A stretch of DNA of 64,000 bases, from contig CALXOF010000012.1 of the NCBI GenBank assembly GCA_944389945.1, positions 1,261 to 65,260 on the forward strand, written 5' to 3'. The notes below the pieces were generated by a model. The model was not told the DNA's origin and did not search any database. It was given only the letters and a program-made list of their open reading frames with translations. The DNA comes from an uncultured Kiritimatiellota bacterium. GTDB taxonomy: Bacteria; Verrucomicrobiota; Kiritimatiellia; RFP12; DVOR01. The translations under genes were made by a program, and so were the position numbers. How positions within the stretch are numbered: position 1 is the first letter of the stretch; the number at the start of each line of letters is the position of its first letter. Shown in pieces: positions 18,355-30,259 of this stretch.

Positions 18355-19016
18355 TGGAACCGACCCTCGTTGTTTTCTCCGGCGGGCAGGACAGCACCAC
18401 CTGCCTGCTCCAGGCCATCGCCGAGCGTGGCGCGGTCAACGTCCACACCGTCACCTTCGCCTACGGCCAACGCCACAAGCTTGAGGTGGAGCTCGCCGAA
18501 GGGCTGGCCAAGGAATTGGGCGTGGCCTCGCACAAGACCATCACGGTCGACTGGTACAAGGACATCACGCACAACGCGTTGATGGACACGACCACGCCCA
18601 TCGGCAAAGAGGCGGGCGCGACCTGCCCCAACACCTTCGTGGACGGGCGCAACGCCCTCTTCCTTCTCACCGCCGCCATCTACGCAAAGGGCCTGGGTAT
18701 CCATGACCTCACCATCGGCGTCTCCGAAGCCGACTACAGCGGCTACCCGGACTGCCGCGAAGCCTTTGTCAAGTCCATGGAGCAGACGCTCCGGCTGGCG
18801 ATGGATTGGCCTTTCCGCATCCTCGCCCCGCTTCAACACCTCACCAAGGAGCAGGAGTGGGCGCTGGCCGACAAGCTTGGGCGGCTCGATTTCGTACGGA
18901 CGCGGACGCTGACGTGTTACGAAGGCATCCCCGGCGATGGGTGCGGCAAGTGCCCGGCCTGCAAGCTCCGTGCGGCGGGGCTCGAGGCCTATCTCCGCAG
19001 TAAGGGCGTGCAATGA
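18354..19016 (+). CDS. queC: 7-cyano-7-deazaguanine synthase
   Basis: SGGQDS, YGQRH, GYPDCR, TCY..CGKCPAC. Confidence 0.95.
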   Translation: MEPTLVVFSGGQDSTTCLLQAIAERGAVNVHTVTFAYGQRHKLEVELAEGLAKELGVASHKTITVDWYKDITHNALMDTTTPIGKEAGATCPNTFVDGRNALFLLTAAIYAKGLGIHDLTIGVSEADYSGYPDCREAFVKSMEQTLRLAMDWPFRILAPLQHLTKEQEWALADKLGRLDFVRTRTLTCYEGIPGDGCGKCPACKLRAAGLEAYLRSKGVQ

Positions 19017-20725
19017 CCCGGCGGCGGTGGTTGGGTGCGGCATGCGCGGCGGCCCTGGCGTTCTTCGGTGCCGGGTGCGGCGGCAATGCAACGAACGGTA
19101 ACGAGGTCGACCTGACCTTTCGCCGGGCGCAACCCTCCATCAACACCCTCGACCCCGCGCACGGCTCGGACACGAGCGTGAACAGCGCGATGTCGCTCAT
19201 CTTCCAGCCGCTCGTGGAGTATGACTACACGGCGCGTCCTTACAAGCTGAAGGACGGTGCCGCGGAGCGCTGGGACATCAGCGAGGACGGCCTGGTCTAC
19301 ACCTTCCACCTGCGCGAGGCCTACTACGTGGACGACCCCTGCTTCGGCGGGGCGCGGCGCCAAGTCAAGGCGCAGGACTTCGTCTACGGTTGGAAGCGCC
19401 TGGCCGACCGCAACGTTGGCGGCTCCGGCGAGTGGCTCGTCAAGAACATCAAGGGCATGACCGAGTTCGCCGAGGCCTCCTCCGGCACGGACACCACCGA
19501 TTATTCCATCGAGGTGGCGGGTCTGCGGGCGTTGGACGACCGCACCCTGCGCGTGGAGCTCAAGACCCCCAGCAATCAGTTCCTCTGGTTCCTGACAATG
19601 TGCTACATGGCGCCCGTGCCGCCCGAGGCCGTGGCGCATTATGGTCAGCGCGGCCTCACAGACCACCCCGTGGGGGCCGGCCCCTACAAACTGCGCGAGT
19701 GGCGGCGCAACTACGAGATGGTCTTCGACCGCAACCCGGAATGGTACGGCTGGCAGGGCGTGGACTTCAACGCCGCCGAGGTCCCCTTCGAGACGATCCG
19801 TTACCTCATCGTGAAGGATGCCTCGACACAGTGGCTGATGTTGCTCACGGGTCAACTGGACTTCCTGGAACAGATTGACCGCAACAACATGGATATCGCC
19901 ATCGACCCCGACATGGGGCTTTCGCCGGAGCTCCAGGCGCGCGGCATCCGCCTCTTCACCTCCCCCACGCTGAAGGTCTACTATCTCGGCGTCAACATGG
20001 ACGACCCCGTGCTGGGCGGCAACCGGAAGCTCCGTCAAGCCCTCAACGCGGCCTTCGACACCGAGGCGTGGGAGCGCTACTACCGCGGCCGTGTCGAGGC
20101 GCTGAACACCGTCGCGCCGCGCCACCTGCCAGATGCCCTCCAGACACCCTTCCCCTATTCTTACGATTTGGAGAAGGCTCGCCGTCTCCTCGCCGAGGCC
20201 GGTTATCCCGGCGGCATCGACCCCAAGACGGGCAAGCCTCTCACCATCACCGTGGAGGTCGGCAACGCCACGCAGGACACCACCGAGTCGATGGAGCTCC
20301 TGGCCTCTTTCTACGCCCGCATCGGCATCAAGCTCGAGCTCTCCGTGAACACCTGGCAGGCCCTGTTGGAAAAAATCCGTCTGCGCAAAGCCCAGCTCTT
20401 CCTCATGGGATGGGTCGGCGACTACCCTGACCTCGAGACCTTCATGCAGCTCTTCATCTCGCGCAACCAGTCCCCCGGCCCCAACCGCTCCAACTACGTC
20501 AATGCCGAGGTCGACCGCCTCTACGACCTCGCCGTCTCCTCGCACGACCCCGCCGTCGTCTCGCGTTGTTGGGAAGGCGTGCAGGACATCGTGCTGGAGG
20601 ATTGCCCCTGGGTGCTCCTGCACTATGCCAAAGACTTCTCCCTCGTCAACGAACGCGTACGTAACTACCTCCCCCACAACTTCCCCTACGGCATGGAAAA
20701 GCACTATCGGGTGCGCCGCCGTTGA
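19013..20725 (+). CDS. Family 5 (Opp/Dpp-type) ABC substrate-binding lipoprotein
   Basis: TRRRWL..AGC signal, LDPA, YTFHLR, PVGAGPY, WVGDYPD. Confidence 0.88.
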   Translation: MTRRRWLGAACAAALAFFGAGCGGNATNGNEVDLTFRRAQPSINTLDPAHGSDTSVNSAMSLIFQPLVEYDYTARPYKLKDGAAERWDISEDGLVYTFHLREAYYVDDPCFGGARRQVKAQDFVYGWKRLADRNVGGSGEWLVKNIKGMTEFAEASSGTDTTDYSIEVAGLRALDDRTLRVELKTPSNQFLWFLTMCYMAPVPPEAVAHYGQRGLTDHPVGAGPYKLREWRRNYEMVFDRNPEWYGWQGVDFNAAEVPFETIRYLIVKDASTQWLMLLTGQLDFLEQIDRNNMDIAIDPDMGLSPELQARGIRLFTSPTLKVYYLGVNMDDPVLGGNRKLRQALNAAFDTEAWERYYRGRVEALNTVAPRHLPDALQTPFPYSYDLEKARRLLAEAGYPGGIDPKTGKPLTITVEVGNATQDTTESMELLASFYARIGIKLELSVNTWQALLEKIRLRKAQLFLMGWVGDYPDLETFMQLFISRNQSPGPNRSNYVNAEVDRLYDLAVSSHDPAVVSRCWEGVQDIVLEDCPWVLLHYAKDFSLVNERVRNYLPHNFPYGMEKHYRVRRR

Positions 20726-20773
20726 GCGCGGATGTGATAGAATATCGCAGACTTTTTCAAGGAACACGCCATC

Positions 20774-21790
20774 ATGACCCTTCAGGAATTGCAACAGGAA
20801 CACGCGGCCTCCCTCGCAGCCGTCGCCGCCGCCACCGAAACCGCCGCGCTCGACGCCCTGCGCGTGAAATATCTCGGCCGCAACGGCCTCATCCCCGGCC
20901 TTGTCAAGCAGATGAAGGACGTGCCGCCGGCCGACCGCCCCGCCTTCGGCAAGGAGCTCGGTGCCTGGCGCACCGCCTTCGAGCAGGCCCTCGCCGAGAA
21001 GACGACCGCCGCGCAGGCCGCCGCCGAACCCACCGCGGCCTTTGACGTCACGCTCCCCGGTCGCTGGCGCGCAGAGGGTGTTATCCACCCCGTCAGCAGA
21101 GTCATCGAAGAGGCCTCGGACATCTTCCATCGCTTGGGCTTCACCGTCGCCGACGGCCCGGACATCGAGACGAAGTTCAACAACTTCACGGCGCTCAACA
21201 CCGCCCCGCACCATCCCTCGATGGACCCCAGCGACACCTTCTGGTTCGACCCCGAGTTGCTCCTGCGCACCCAGACCAGCGCCGTTCAGACCCGCACCAT
21301 GCTGGCCAACCCGCCCCCCGTCCGCATCGTCTGCCCCGGCCGTTGCTACCGTCGCGACACCATGGACGCCACCCACTCGGCCAACTTCCACCAGATTGAG
21401 GGACTCTACGTCGACACCAAGCCCGTCTCGCTGGCCGACCTCAAGAGCATCCTGGCCTACTTCGCCCGCGAGATGATGGGCCCCGGCATCGGCGTCCGCT
21501 TCCGTCCGCACTTCTTCCCCTTCACCGAGCCCAGCGTGGAGGTCGACTTCACCTGCCACGTCTGCAAGGGCAAGGGCTGCCGCGTCTGTAAAAACTCCGG
21601 TTGGATTGAGATTGCCGGTGCCGGCATGGTCGACCCCCGCGTCTACGAGCACGTGGGCTACGACCCCGACCAGGTCTACGGCTACGCCTTCGGCATGGGC
21701 ATCGAGCGCATCGCCATGATCAAGTACGGCATCCCCGACATCCGTTACCTCTACGAGAACGATGTCCGCTTCCTCTCCCAGATGCGCTAA
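20774..21790 (+). CDS. pheS: Phenylalanine-tRNA ligase alpha subunit
   Basis: LLRTQTS, DATHS..FHQIEG, FFPFTEPS, AFGMGIERIAM. Confidence 0.97.
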   Translation: MTLQELQQEHAASLAAVAAATETAALDALRVKYLGRNGLIPGLVKQMKDVPPADRPAFGKELGAWRTAFEQALAEKTTAAQAAAEPTAAFDVTLPGRWRAEGVIHPVSRVIEEASDIFHRLGFTVADGPDIETKFNNFTALNTAPHHPSMDPSDTFWFDPELLLRTQTSAVQTRTMLANPPPVRIVCPGRCYRRDTMDATHSANFHQIEGLYVDTKPVSLADLKSILAYFAREMMGPGIGVRFRPHFFPFTEPSVEVDFTCHVCKGKGCRVCKNSGWIEIAGAGMVDPRVYEHVGYDPDQVYGYAFGMGIERIAMIKYGIPDIRYLYENDVRFLSQMR

Positions 21791-21800
21791 AGGAACCGCC

Positions 21801-22307
21801 ATGACCCTCCAAGACCTCCTTGCCCGCCGCAGCGTCCGTAAGTACGCCGACGCCCCTGTGCCCCGCACCGTCGTGGACGCCGCCCTTCAGGCCGCCATGG
21901 CCGCCCCCAGCGCCATGCACTGCGACCCCTGGCGCTGGATCGTCCTCACCAAGCGCACCGACCTCGATGCCCTCGCCGACTGCCTGCCCTACGGCCAGAT
22001 GCTCCGCCACGCCCCGCTCGGCTTCATCGCCTGCGGCGACCTGACGGCGGCCAACCGCGGCCAGCTCTCCTACCTCCTGCAAGACGTCTCCGCCTCCATC
22101 GAGAACCTGCTCCTGGGCCTCCACGCGCAGGGCCTCGGCGGCGTCTGGCTGGGCATCCACCCCAACGCCGAGCGCATCGCGGCCGTTTCCTCCCGCTTCA
22201 GCCTGCCGCCTACGCTCATCCCCGTCTCCGCCGTCGCCGCGGGCTACCCCGCCGAACACCCCGAGCCGCGCACCCGCTTCGACGCGGACAAGGTGCGTTA
22301 CCTCTGA
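21801..22307 (+). CDS. Nitroreductase family protein
   Basis: RRSVRKY, AAPSA, GLGGVWLG. Confidence 0.88.
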   Translation: MTLQDLLARRSVRKYADAPVPRTVVDAALQAAMAAPSAMHCDPWRWIVLTKRTDLDALADCLPYGQMLRHAPLGFIACGDLTAANRGQLSYLLQDVSASIENLLLGLHAQGLGGVWLGIHPNAERIAAVSSRFSLPPTLIPVSAVAAGYPAEHPEPRTRFDADKVRYL

Positions 22308-22309
22308 CG

Positions 22310-23326
22310 ATGGAACCCTGGGTCTCCGACCTCCTCGCGTGGTATCGCTCGCGCGAGCGACCCATGCCATGGCGCGGCCATCCAGACCCCTACGCCGTCT
22401 GGGTCAGCGAAATCATGCTCCAGCAGACGCAGGTCGAGACGGTCCGCCCCTACTTCACCCGATTCCTTGCCGCCTTCCCGGACATCCCCGCCCTCGCCGC
22501 CGCCGCGGATGAGCCGCTCCTCAAGGCTTGGGAAGGTCTGGGCTACTACACCCGCGTCCGCAACCTCCGCAAGGCCGCGCAACGCCTCATGGCCGAGCAC
22601 GGCGGCGCCCTCCCCCGCACCGTCGAAGGCCTCCGCGCCCTCCCCGGCGTGGGTGACTACACCGCCGCCGCCATCGCCAGTATCTGCTTCGGTCTGCCCG
22701 TGCCCGTGGTCGACGGCAACGTGGCCCGTGTCTTCGCCCGCCGCAACCTCCTCGACGGCGACTTCCACAAGCCCGCCCCCCGCCGCGCCCTCGCCGCTTG
22801 GCTCACCCCGCACATCGCCGCGAGCGGCGACCCCGCCGCCTTCAACCAAGCCATGATGGACCTCGGCGCGCAGGTCTGCACCCCGCGTAATCCCCGTTGT
22901 GACGATTGCCCCCTGCGCCCCACCTGCCAAGCCGCCGAACAGGGCCGCCAGGCCGACTTCCCCGCGCCGCCCCCTGCCAAGGCTCTGCCCGAACGCACCG
23001 GCGCCGCCCTCCTCCTCCGCGATGCCCGGGGCCGTCTGCTCCTCGCCAAGCACCCGGGCAACCGTCTCCTCGCAGGCTTCTGGGAACTCCCCGACCCCGA
23101 CGCGCTCCCCTTCCCCAAACCCAAGCGCACCCGCCGTCTGGGCCTCTACCGCCAGACCTTCACCCACTTCCGCCTGACCCTCGAGATCCGCGCCGCCAAA
23201 CCCTTGTCCGACAGCCCCGCCCTGCCCGAGGGCTTCTGCTGGGCCAAAGACCCCGCGGCCCTGCCCCTCACCACCGCCGCGCGCAAAATCCTCGCCGCCC
23301 ACGCGGCGTCCACACCCGCTCACTGA
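22310..23326 (+). CDS. mutY: A/G-specific adenine glycosylase
   Basis: WVSEIMLQQT, GLGYY, LPGVG, VDGNV, CTPRNPRCDDCPL 4Fe-4S loop. Confidence 0.95.
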   Translation: MEPWVSDLLAWYRSRERPMPWRGHPDPYAVWVSEIMLQQTQVETVRPYFTRFLAAFPDIPALAAAADEPLLKAWEGLGYYTRVRNLRKAAQRLMAEHGGALPRTVEGLRALPGVGDYTAAAIASICFGLPVPVVDGNVARVFARRNLLDGDFHKPAPRRALAAWLTPHIAASGDPAAFNQAMMDLGAQVCTPRNPRCDDCPLRPTCQAAEQGRQADFPAPPPAKALPERTGAALLLRDARGRLLLAKHPGNRLLAGFWELPDPDALPFPKPKRTRRLGLYRQTFTHFRLTLEIRAAKPLSDSPALPEGFCWAKDPAALPLTTAARKILAAHAASTPAH

Positions 23327-25089
23327 CGCGGAGGCTGGACCTCTATCCGAAGCTCGGCAATCTTCTCGCGTGAGATGGCGCGGTTGTGCCGTGCCACCAC
23401 GTAATCCCCGTGCGGCGTCCCCAGCACAAACCCCCACAGTCGATAACCCGAGGCCAACTCCTGCTCCGGTGAGATCTCAGAGAATTCCGCCCAACCGCGC
23501 CGCAAAATCCGTAACCGGATCACCTCGAGCGGCGAGAGGGGCGCCGGCGCATCCCGATACGTGGGAATCACGAGCAACGTCGTCCCGGGCCGCAGACTCG
23601 TCCCTTTCGGCAACGGCGCGACCAGCAGGTCCGCGTCCGCCCGTGCGTACCACTCCCCCGGGCACGCCAGGCGATTCCTCGGCTCGGTGAAGGTGTCCCG
23701 CTCGTAAAGCAATGCCCACGTGTCCGCGTCCAGCAACAGGCAAAACGGCTTCCCGTAGAAGCACGCGACGGCGGGCGTATTGCAACTCTCCTCACCGCCG
23801 CCCCACACCAAGAAGCGCTTCGGTTCCCACGTGCGGTCGAACCACGCCAACGGCCGCCAGACACGTACCGTTGGTTCCCGCATGACGCAGTCCGGATTCG
23901 CCCGCCACTCGACGATAACACGCCGGAGCTCTACCGCCCGCAATGCCGTCATAACACCGGTCGTTGCCACGGTCAGCATCGCCAACGCCACCAAGGTCGC
24001 GGTCAACCGCCCGCGCCAACGTCCCCACGGCACACGCCGCACCGCCGGCAACGCCGTCTGCACCATCAGCAACCCCGCCACGGCGGCCGGCCACGCGGCA
24101 CGCGCACGGCCATCGCTCAACAGCCCCGTCAACGCCACGGTCAACCACCCCGCCAACAGCGTCCACCACGCCCGTTCGCTGAGCGCCAGGCGCCTGCGCC
24201 ACACCAGCGCAACAACCGTCACCCCCGCCATCGCGACCAGGAGCGGGTTCGCCACCGCACACCGTGCCGTGGCCATCATCGCCCGTGCCGCCGGCACCAA
24301 CACTTCTCCCTCCGGGAAGAAATTGCGCAGGTTCCCGGCACGCCCCAACGCCGCGGGCGCGAAGACCACCGCCAGCGCGCCCAGCCCGAAGCCGACCGTC
24401 AGCAACAGCCGCCCATTGATTGTAAAGCGCCCCCGCACCATCTCCCGCAACCAATAGACCGTCAACGTCAGGCAGATTGGCAGGTCGATCAACTCATGCC
24501 CACCCGCCGCCAAGAAGCCCAGCGGCAACAACACCGCCATCCACGCATTGCGCCACGCGAAGACCGACTCCCCCAGCCTCGGCCGCAGAAAGAGCAACGC
24601 CAACGCCAACGTCCACGCCATTGGCCACAGATAGTTGCACGCGCCGGAAACCCACAAGCACGCGTCCCAGTTCAACGCGAAGACGAGCATCGCCGCCGCC
24701 GTCGCGCCCAACCACCGCCGCGACCGACCGCCCAACCGCCACACGCACCACGTCAGCCACACCCACACCGTCGCGTTCAGCACCGCGAAGAGCCAGTGCG
24801 GCATCCCCACCAAGAAGCGCAACAGGAAAGCCGCCGCAAAGCGCCCCGTGTTGTCCACCAGGCTCGCCCCCGCCCCACTCCAATGTTCCCACGTTAGACG
24901 AAAGAGATTCTCCCAGAAGTCCGGTACTCCAACAAAGGTCTCCCACGTCGGGAACTGCCCCGGTGCCAACGGGCTAAGCCGATAGAACCCGCGCAGATTC
25001 GGGAAATCGTCGGCTAACAACGGCGTCATCGCCGTCAGCGTGAAAACCGCCACCCAAACGACCACCGCCCATACCCACCGCTTACTCAT
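23320..25089 (-). CDS. DUF6056-like polytopic membrane protein (putative GT-C glycosyltransferase), copy 2
   Basis: PLLADD, GRF, W..GACNYLWP; many TM helices; paralog of the upstream gene. Confidence 0.7.
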   Translation of the reverse strand: MSKRWVWAVVVWVAVFTLTAMTPLLADDFPNLRGFYRLSPLAPGQFPTWETFVGVPDFWENLFRLTWEHWSGAGASLVDNTGRFAAAFLLRFLVGMPHWLFAVLNATVWVWLTWCVWRLGGRSRRWLGATAAAMLVFALNWDACLWVSGACNYLWPMAWTLALALLFLRPRLGESVFAWRNAWMAVLLPLGFLAAGGHELIDLPICLTLTVYWLREMVRGRFTINGRLLLTVGFGLGALAVVFAPAALGRAGNLRNFFPEGEVLVPAARAMMATARCAVANPLLVAMAGVTVVALVWRRRLALSERAWWTLLAGWLTVALTGLLSDGRARAAWPAAVAGLLMVQTALPAVRRVPWGRWRGRLTATLVALAMLTVATTGVMTALRAVELRRVIVEWRANPDCVMREPTVRVWRPLAWFDRTWEPKRFLVWGGGEESCNTPAVACFYGKPFCLLLDADTWALLYERDTFTEPRNRLACPGEWYARADADLLVAPLPKGTSLRPGTTLLVIPTYRDAPAPLSPLEVIRLRILRRGWAEFSEISPEQELASGYRLWGFVLGTPHGDYVVARHNRAISREKIAELRIEVQPPRQ

Positions 25090-26848
25090 CGGCAATCACC
25101 TCGATAGAGACCAGCTTCTCGCGCGGGATATGATGGTTGTGCCGAATCACCACGTAGCGCCCATGCGGGGTCTCCAGCACGCACCCAAAAAGGTCACGGT
25201 TCATCACCATCTCATGGCCCGGCGCGACCTCCGAAAAGGACACCCGCTCGCTGCGATCGATGAACTTCGTGTACAGGCGGTCCCACAGCGTGAAGGGCGG
25301 CACGTCCCGATACGTCGGCTTGGCGCGCAACCGCCAACAGGCCACGGCGCCTTCCCGCGGCATCGGCGAGACCAGGAAATCCAGCGTCGGGTGCGCGTAC
25401 CACTCTCCCGCGCAGTTCGGCAAACGATTCTCGGGCCGACAAACCAAATCACGAAGATAGAGATTCTCCCAGACCTGCTCATCCAGCGTCTGCCACCGTT
25501 CCCCGCCCAGGAATCGCGCCAAGGAATCGTTGTTGTAGGTGCCTCCGCTCCCCCACTCCAGCAGGATCCACAGTGGCCACGAGCGGTCAAACCACGCCAG
25601 CCCCATCGGGGCCTTGGTCGTCAACATCCGCGTCACACCATCCGGACTTGCCAGCCAATCCGCCGTCATCGCCTCGGCCTCACGATTCTTCCGCACCAAC
25701 ATCACGGTCGTCACCGCGAAGGTCATCACGGCCAACGCCGCCAAGACGGGTGTCACCCACGCCCGCACGCGCCCCCACCTCACCGAGGGCGCCATCGCCC
25801 CCGCCGCAAGCGTTCCAAACACCGTCAGCACCCATCCGTTACGGCCCGCCCCATCCGTCAAAACAACCGTCGTCACGGCTGCGAAGAAACAGAAAATCGT
25901 CAGCCACCATGCCCGCGCCGACAGCCGCACCCGCCGCGTCAGCAGCGCCACCGCCGCCAACACCACGACCCCAATTAACAGCGGATTCTCTCCGCAACTC
26001 CGACAGAAGGCAATCCCCCACCGCAAGGGGAAAATCCACACCCCATCAAACCCCGTCGAAAATCGCCAAGCCTCTTTCGCCCGCCCCATGATCGCCGGCG
26101 AGAAGACCACCGCCAGCGCGCCCATCCCGAAACCAACCGTCAGCAACAGACGACCGTTGATTGCGAAACGTCCCCGCACGATTTCCCGCAACCAATAGAC
26201 CGTCAGCCCGAAGCAAATCGGGATGGCGAAGAGCTCATGGCCACCCGCCGCCAGAAAGCCCAACGGCAACAACACCGCCATCCACGCATTGCGCCACGCA
26301 AAGACCGACTCCCCCAGCCTTGGCCGCAGAAAGAGCACCGTCAGGGCCAACAACAACGTCGCCGGCCACACATAGTTGCACACACCCGCCACCCAAAAGC
26401 AAGCTTCGGTGGACAACGAAAAGACCACCAGCGCCGCTGCCACCGCCGGCCACCAACGCCGTGACAGCCCCGTCACCCGCCACGCCAACCACGTGAAGAG
26501 TAGCCACATTGTGACATTCAGCAGCACGAAGAACCAATGCGGCATCGGTGTCACAAAACGAAGCAAAAAAGCCGCCAGAAAACGCCCCGTGTTGTCGGAG
26601 ACGCACGTGCTCAGCCCCGCCCAGTGCTCCCACGTCGTCCGCAGGAGATGGCCCCAGAAGTCGGGCACGCCCAGGTAGGTCCCCCACGTCGGGAACTGTC
26701 CCGGCGCCAACGGCGCCTCCCGATAAAAAACCTCGATGTTCAGGTAATCATCCGCCATCAGCGGCGTCATCGCCGAAATCGCGAAGAACGCCGCACCCAT
26801 CGCCACGACCCACGCATGCCGCGCGCACCATCCAAGGAACCGTTTCAT
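25082..26848 (-). CDS. DUF6056-like polytopic membrane protein (putative GT-C glycosyltransferase), copy 1
   Basis: PLMADDY, GRF, WVAGVCNYVWP. Confidence 0.7.
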   Translation of the reverse strand: MKRFLGWCARHAWVVAMGAAFFAISAMTPLMADDYLNIEVFYREAPLAPGQFPTWGTYLGVPDFWGHLLRTTWEHWAGLSTCVSDNTGRFLAAFLLRFVTPMPHWFFVLLNVTMWLLFTWLAWRVTGLSRRWWPAVAAALVVFSLSTEACFWVAGVCNYVWPATLLLALTVLFLRPRLGESVFAWRNAWMAVLLPLGFLAAGGHELFAIPICFGLTVYWLREIVRGRFAINGRLLLTVGFGMGALAVVFSPAIMGRAKEAWRFSTGFDGVWIFPLRWGIAFCRSCGENPLLIGVVVLAAVALLTRRVRLSARAWWLTIFCFFAAVTTVVLTDGAGRNGWVLTVFGTLAAGAMAPSVRWGRVRAWVTPVLAALAVMTFAVTTVMLVRKNREAEAMTADWLASPDGVTRMLTTKAPMGLAWFDRSWPLWILLEWGSGGTYNNDSLARFLGGERWQTLDEQVWENLYLRDLVCRPENRLPNCAGEWYAHPTLDFLVSPMPREGAVACWRLRAKPTYRDVPPFTLWDRLYTKFIDRSERVSFSEVAPGHEMVMNRDLFGCVLETPHGRYVVIRHNHHIPREKLVSIEVIADE

Positions 26849-26889
26849 ACCCCGCATTATACCACACCGCCCCACTTCCACCGCGCCCC

Positions 26890-27355
26890 CAGTACTTGTC
26901 CGGGGAAGTTTTTCCGCGAAGACGGTTTGGCGTGGAAACCCTGCGGGCCCCATCGCTCCCGTTGGTCACGCCGCCCTTGGGATTTCCACGCTATCGCGCC
27001 CTTGAAAGGGCGCTCAAAGGGTTAACACCGAGTTAAAACCTGGTGATTGGCACCATGCTCTCTTGCCAGAAATCTACCCAAATGGTAGCTGAGCGGCTTA
27101 GAGGCCGGTGAATGTATCATACACCCTTGCCAAAGACCTGTCATTTGACTCCTCTAAATCAACACTAATGCCGTCACACGAAGCTAGATATACCATCTTA
27201 CAGACCTGTCATTTGGAATCAAATATTTGCAAGGCGCGAAACGAAGGGCGGCGGGTGCGGTCAGCGGTGGAGCCGCAGAGTGCCCAATGGAGCCCGAGGC
27301 GTTTCGCGCCTCACGTTGCGTCTTTGCGGCCCACCTTTTTTCCCGGACATTATTG
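26890..27355. mobile_element. MITE-like element (module A ... module B, TIRs)
   Basis: tgtccggggaagtttttccgcgaagacg ... cgtctttgcgg..ttttcccggacattattg. Confidence 0.75.
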
Positions 27356-27456
27356 TACTTGTCCGGGGAAGTTTTTCCGCGAAGACGGTTTGGCGTGGAA
27401 ACCCAGCGGGCTCCATCGCTCCCGTTGGTCACGCCGCCCTTGGGATTTCCCCGCTA
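27355..27456 (+). repeat. Second MITE left end plus partial module A
   Basis: Near-identical to 26892-26993. Confidence 0.8.
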
Positions 27457-27561
27457 TTGTGTTCCTGAAGAGCTCTCAAAGGAGAGATGGAAGGTTGGTC
27501 ATTGAGTGACGTTACACTACTCCCCAACAACTAACGACGCCCTATACAGAGCTTCACCCAT

Positions 27562-27630
27562 CGCGCGCTTGCCGCGCGTTCTGTTCTCTGTTCTCCGTTC
27601 TCTGTTCTCTGGGGCGGCGCAAGCCGCCCC
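27562..27630 (+). repeat. Hairpin-(GTTCTCY)n-hairpin repeat
   Basis: cgcgcg-cttgc-cgcgcg, heptamer run, ggggcggc-gcaa-gccgcccc. Confidence 0.8.
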
Positions 27631-27690
27631 TTCGTGGAAAGTCTCTGCAGGATGTCGCGGGTTTTGGTATACTTTTAGAGTTATTTGTGA

Positions 27691-30198
<2,508 letters not shown>

Positions 30199-30206
30199 CC
30201 CCAACA

Positions 30207-30240
30207 AGCCCCCGCCCCCACACGGGGGCTTTTTTATTTT
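30207..30240 (+). terminator. Intrinsic terminator
   Basis: agcccccg..cgggggct plus T run. Confidence 0.8.
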
Positions 30241-30259
30241 CCCTCCCCGGATTCCCACC

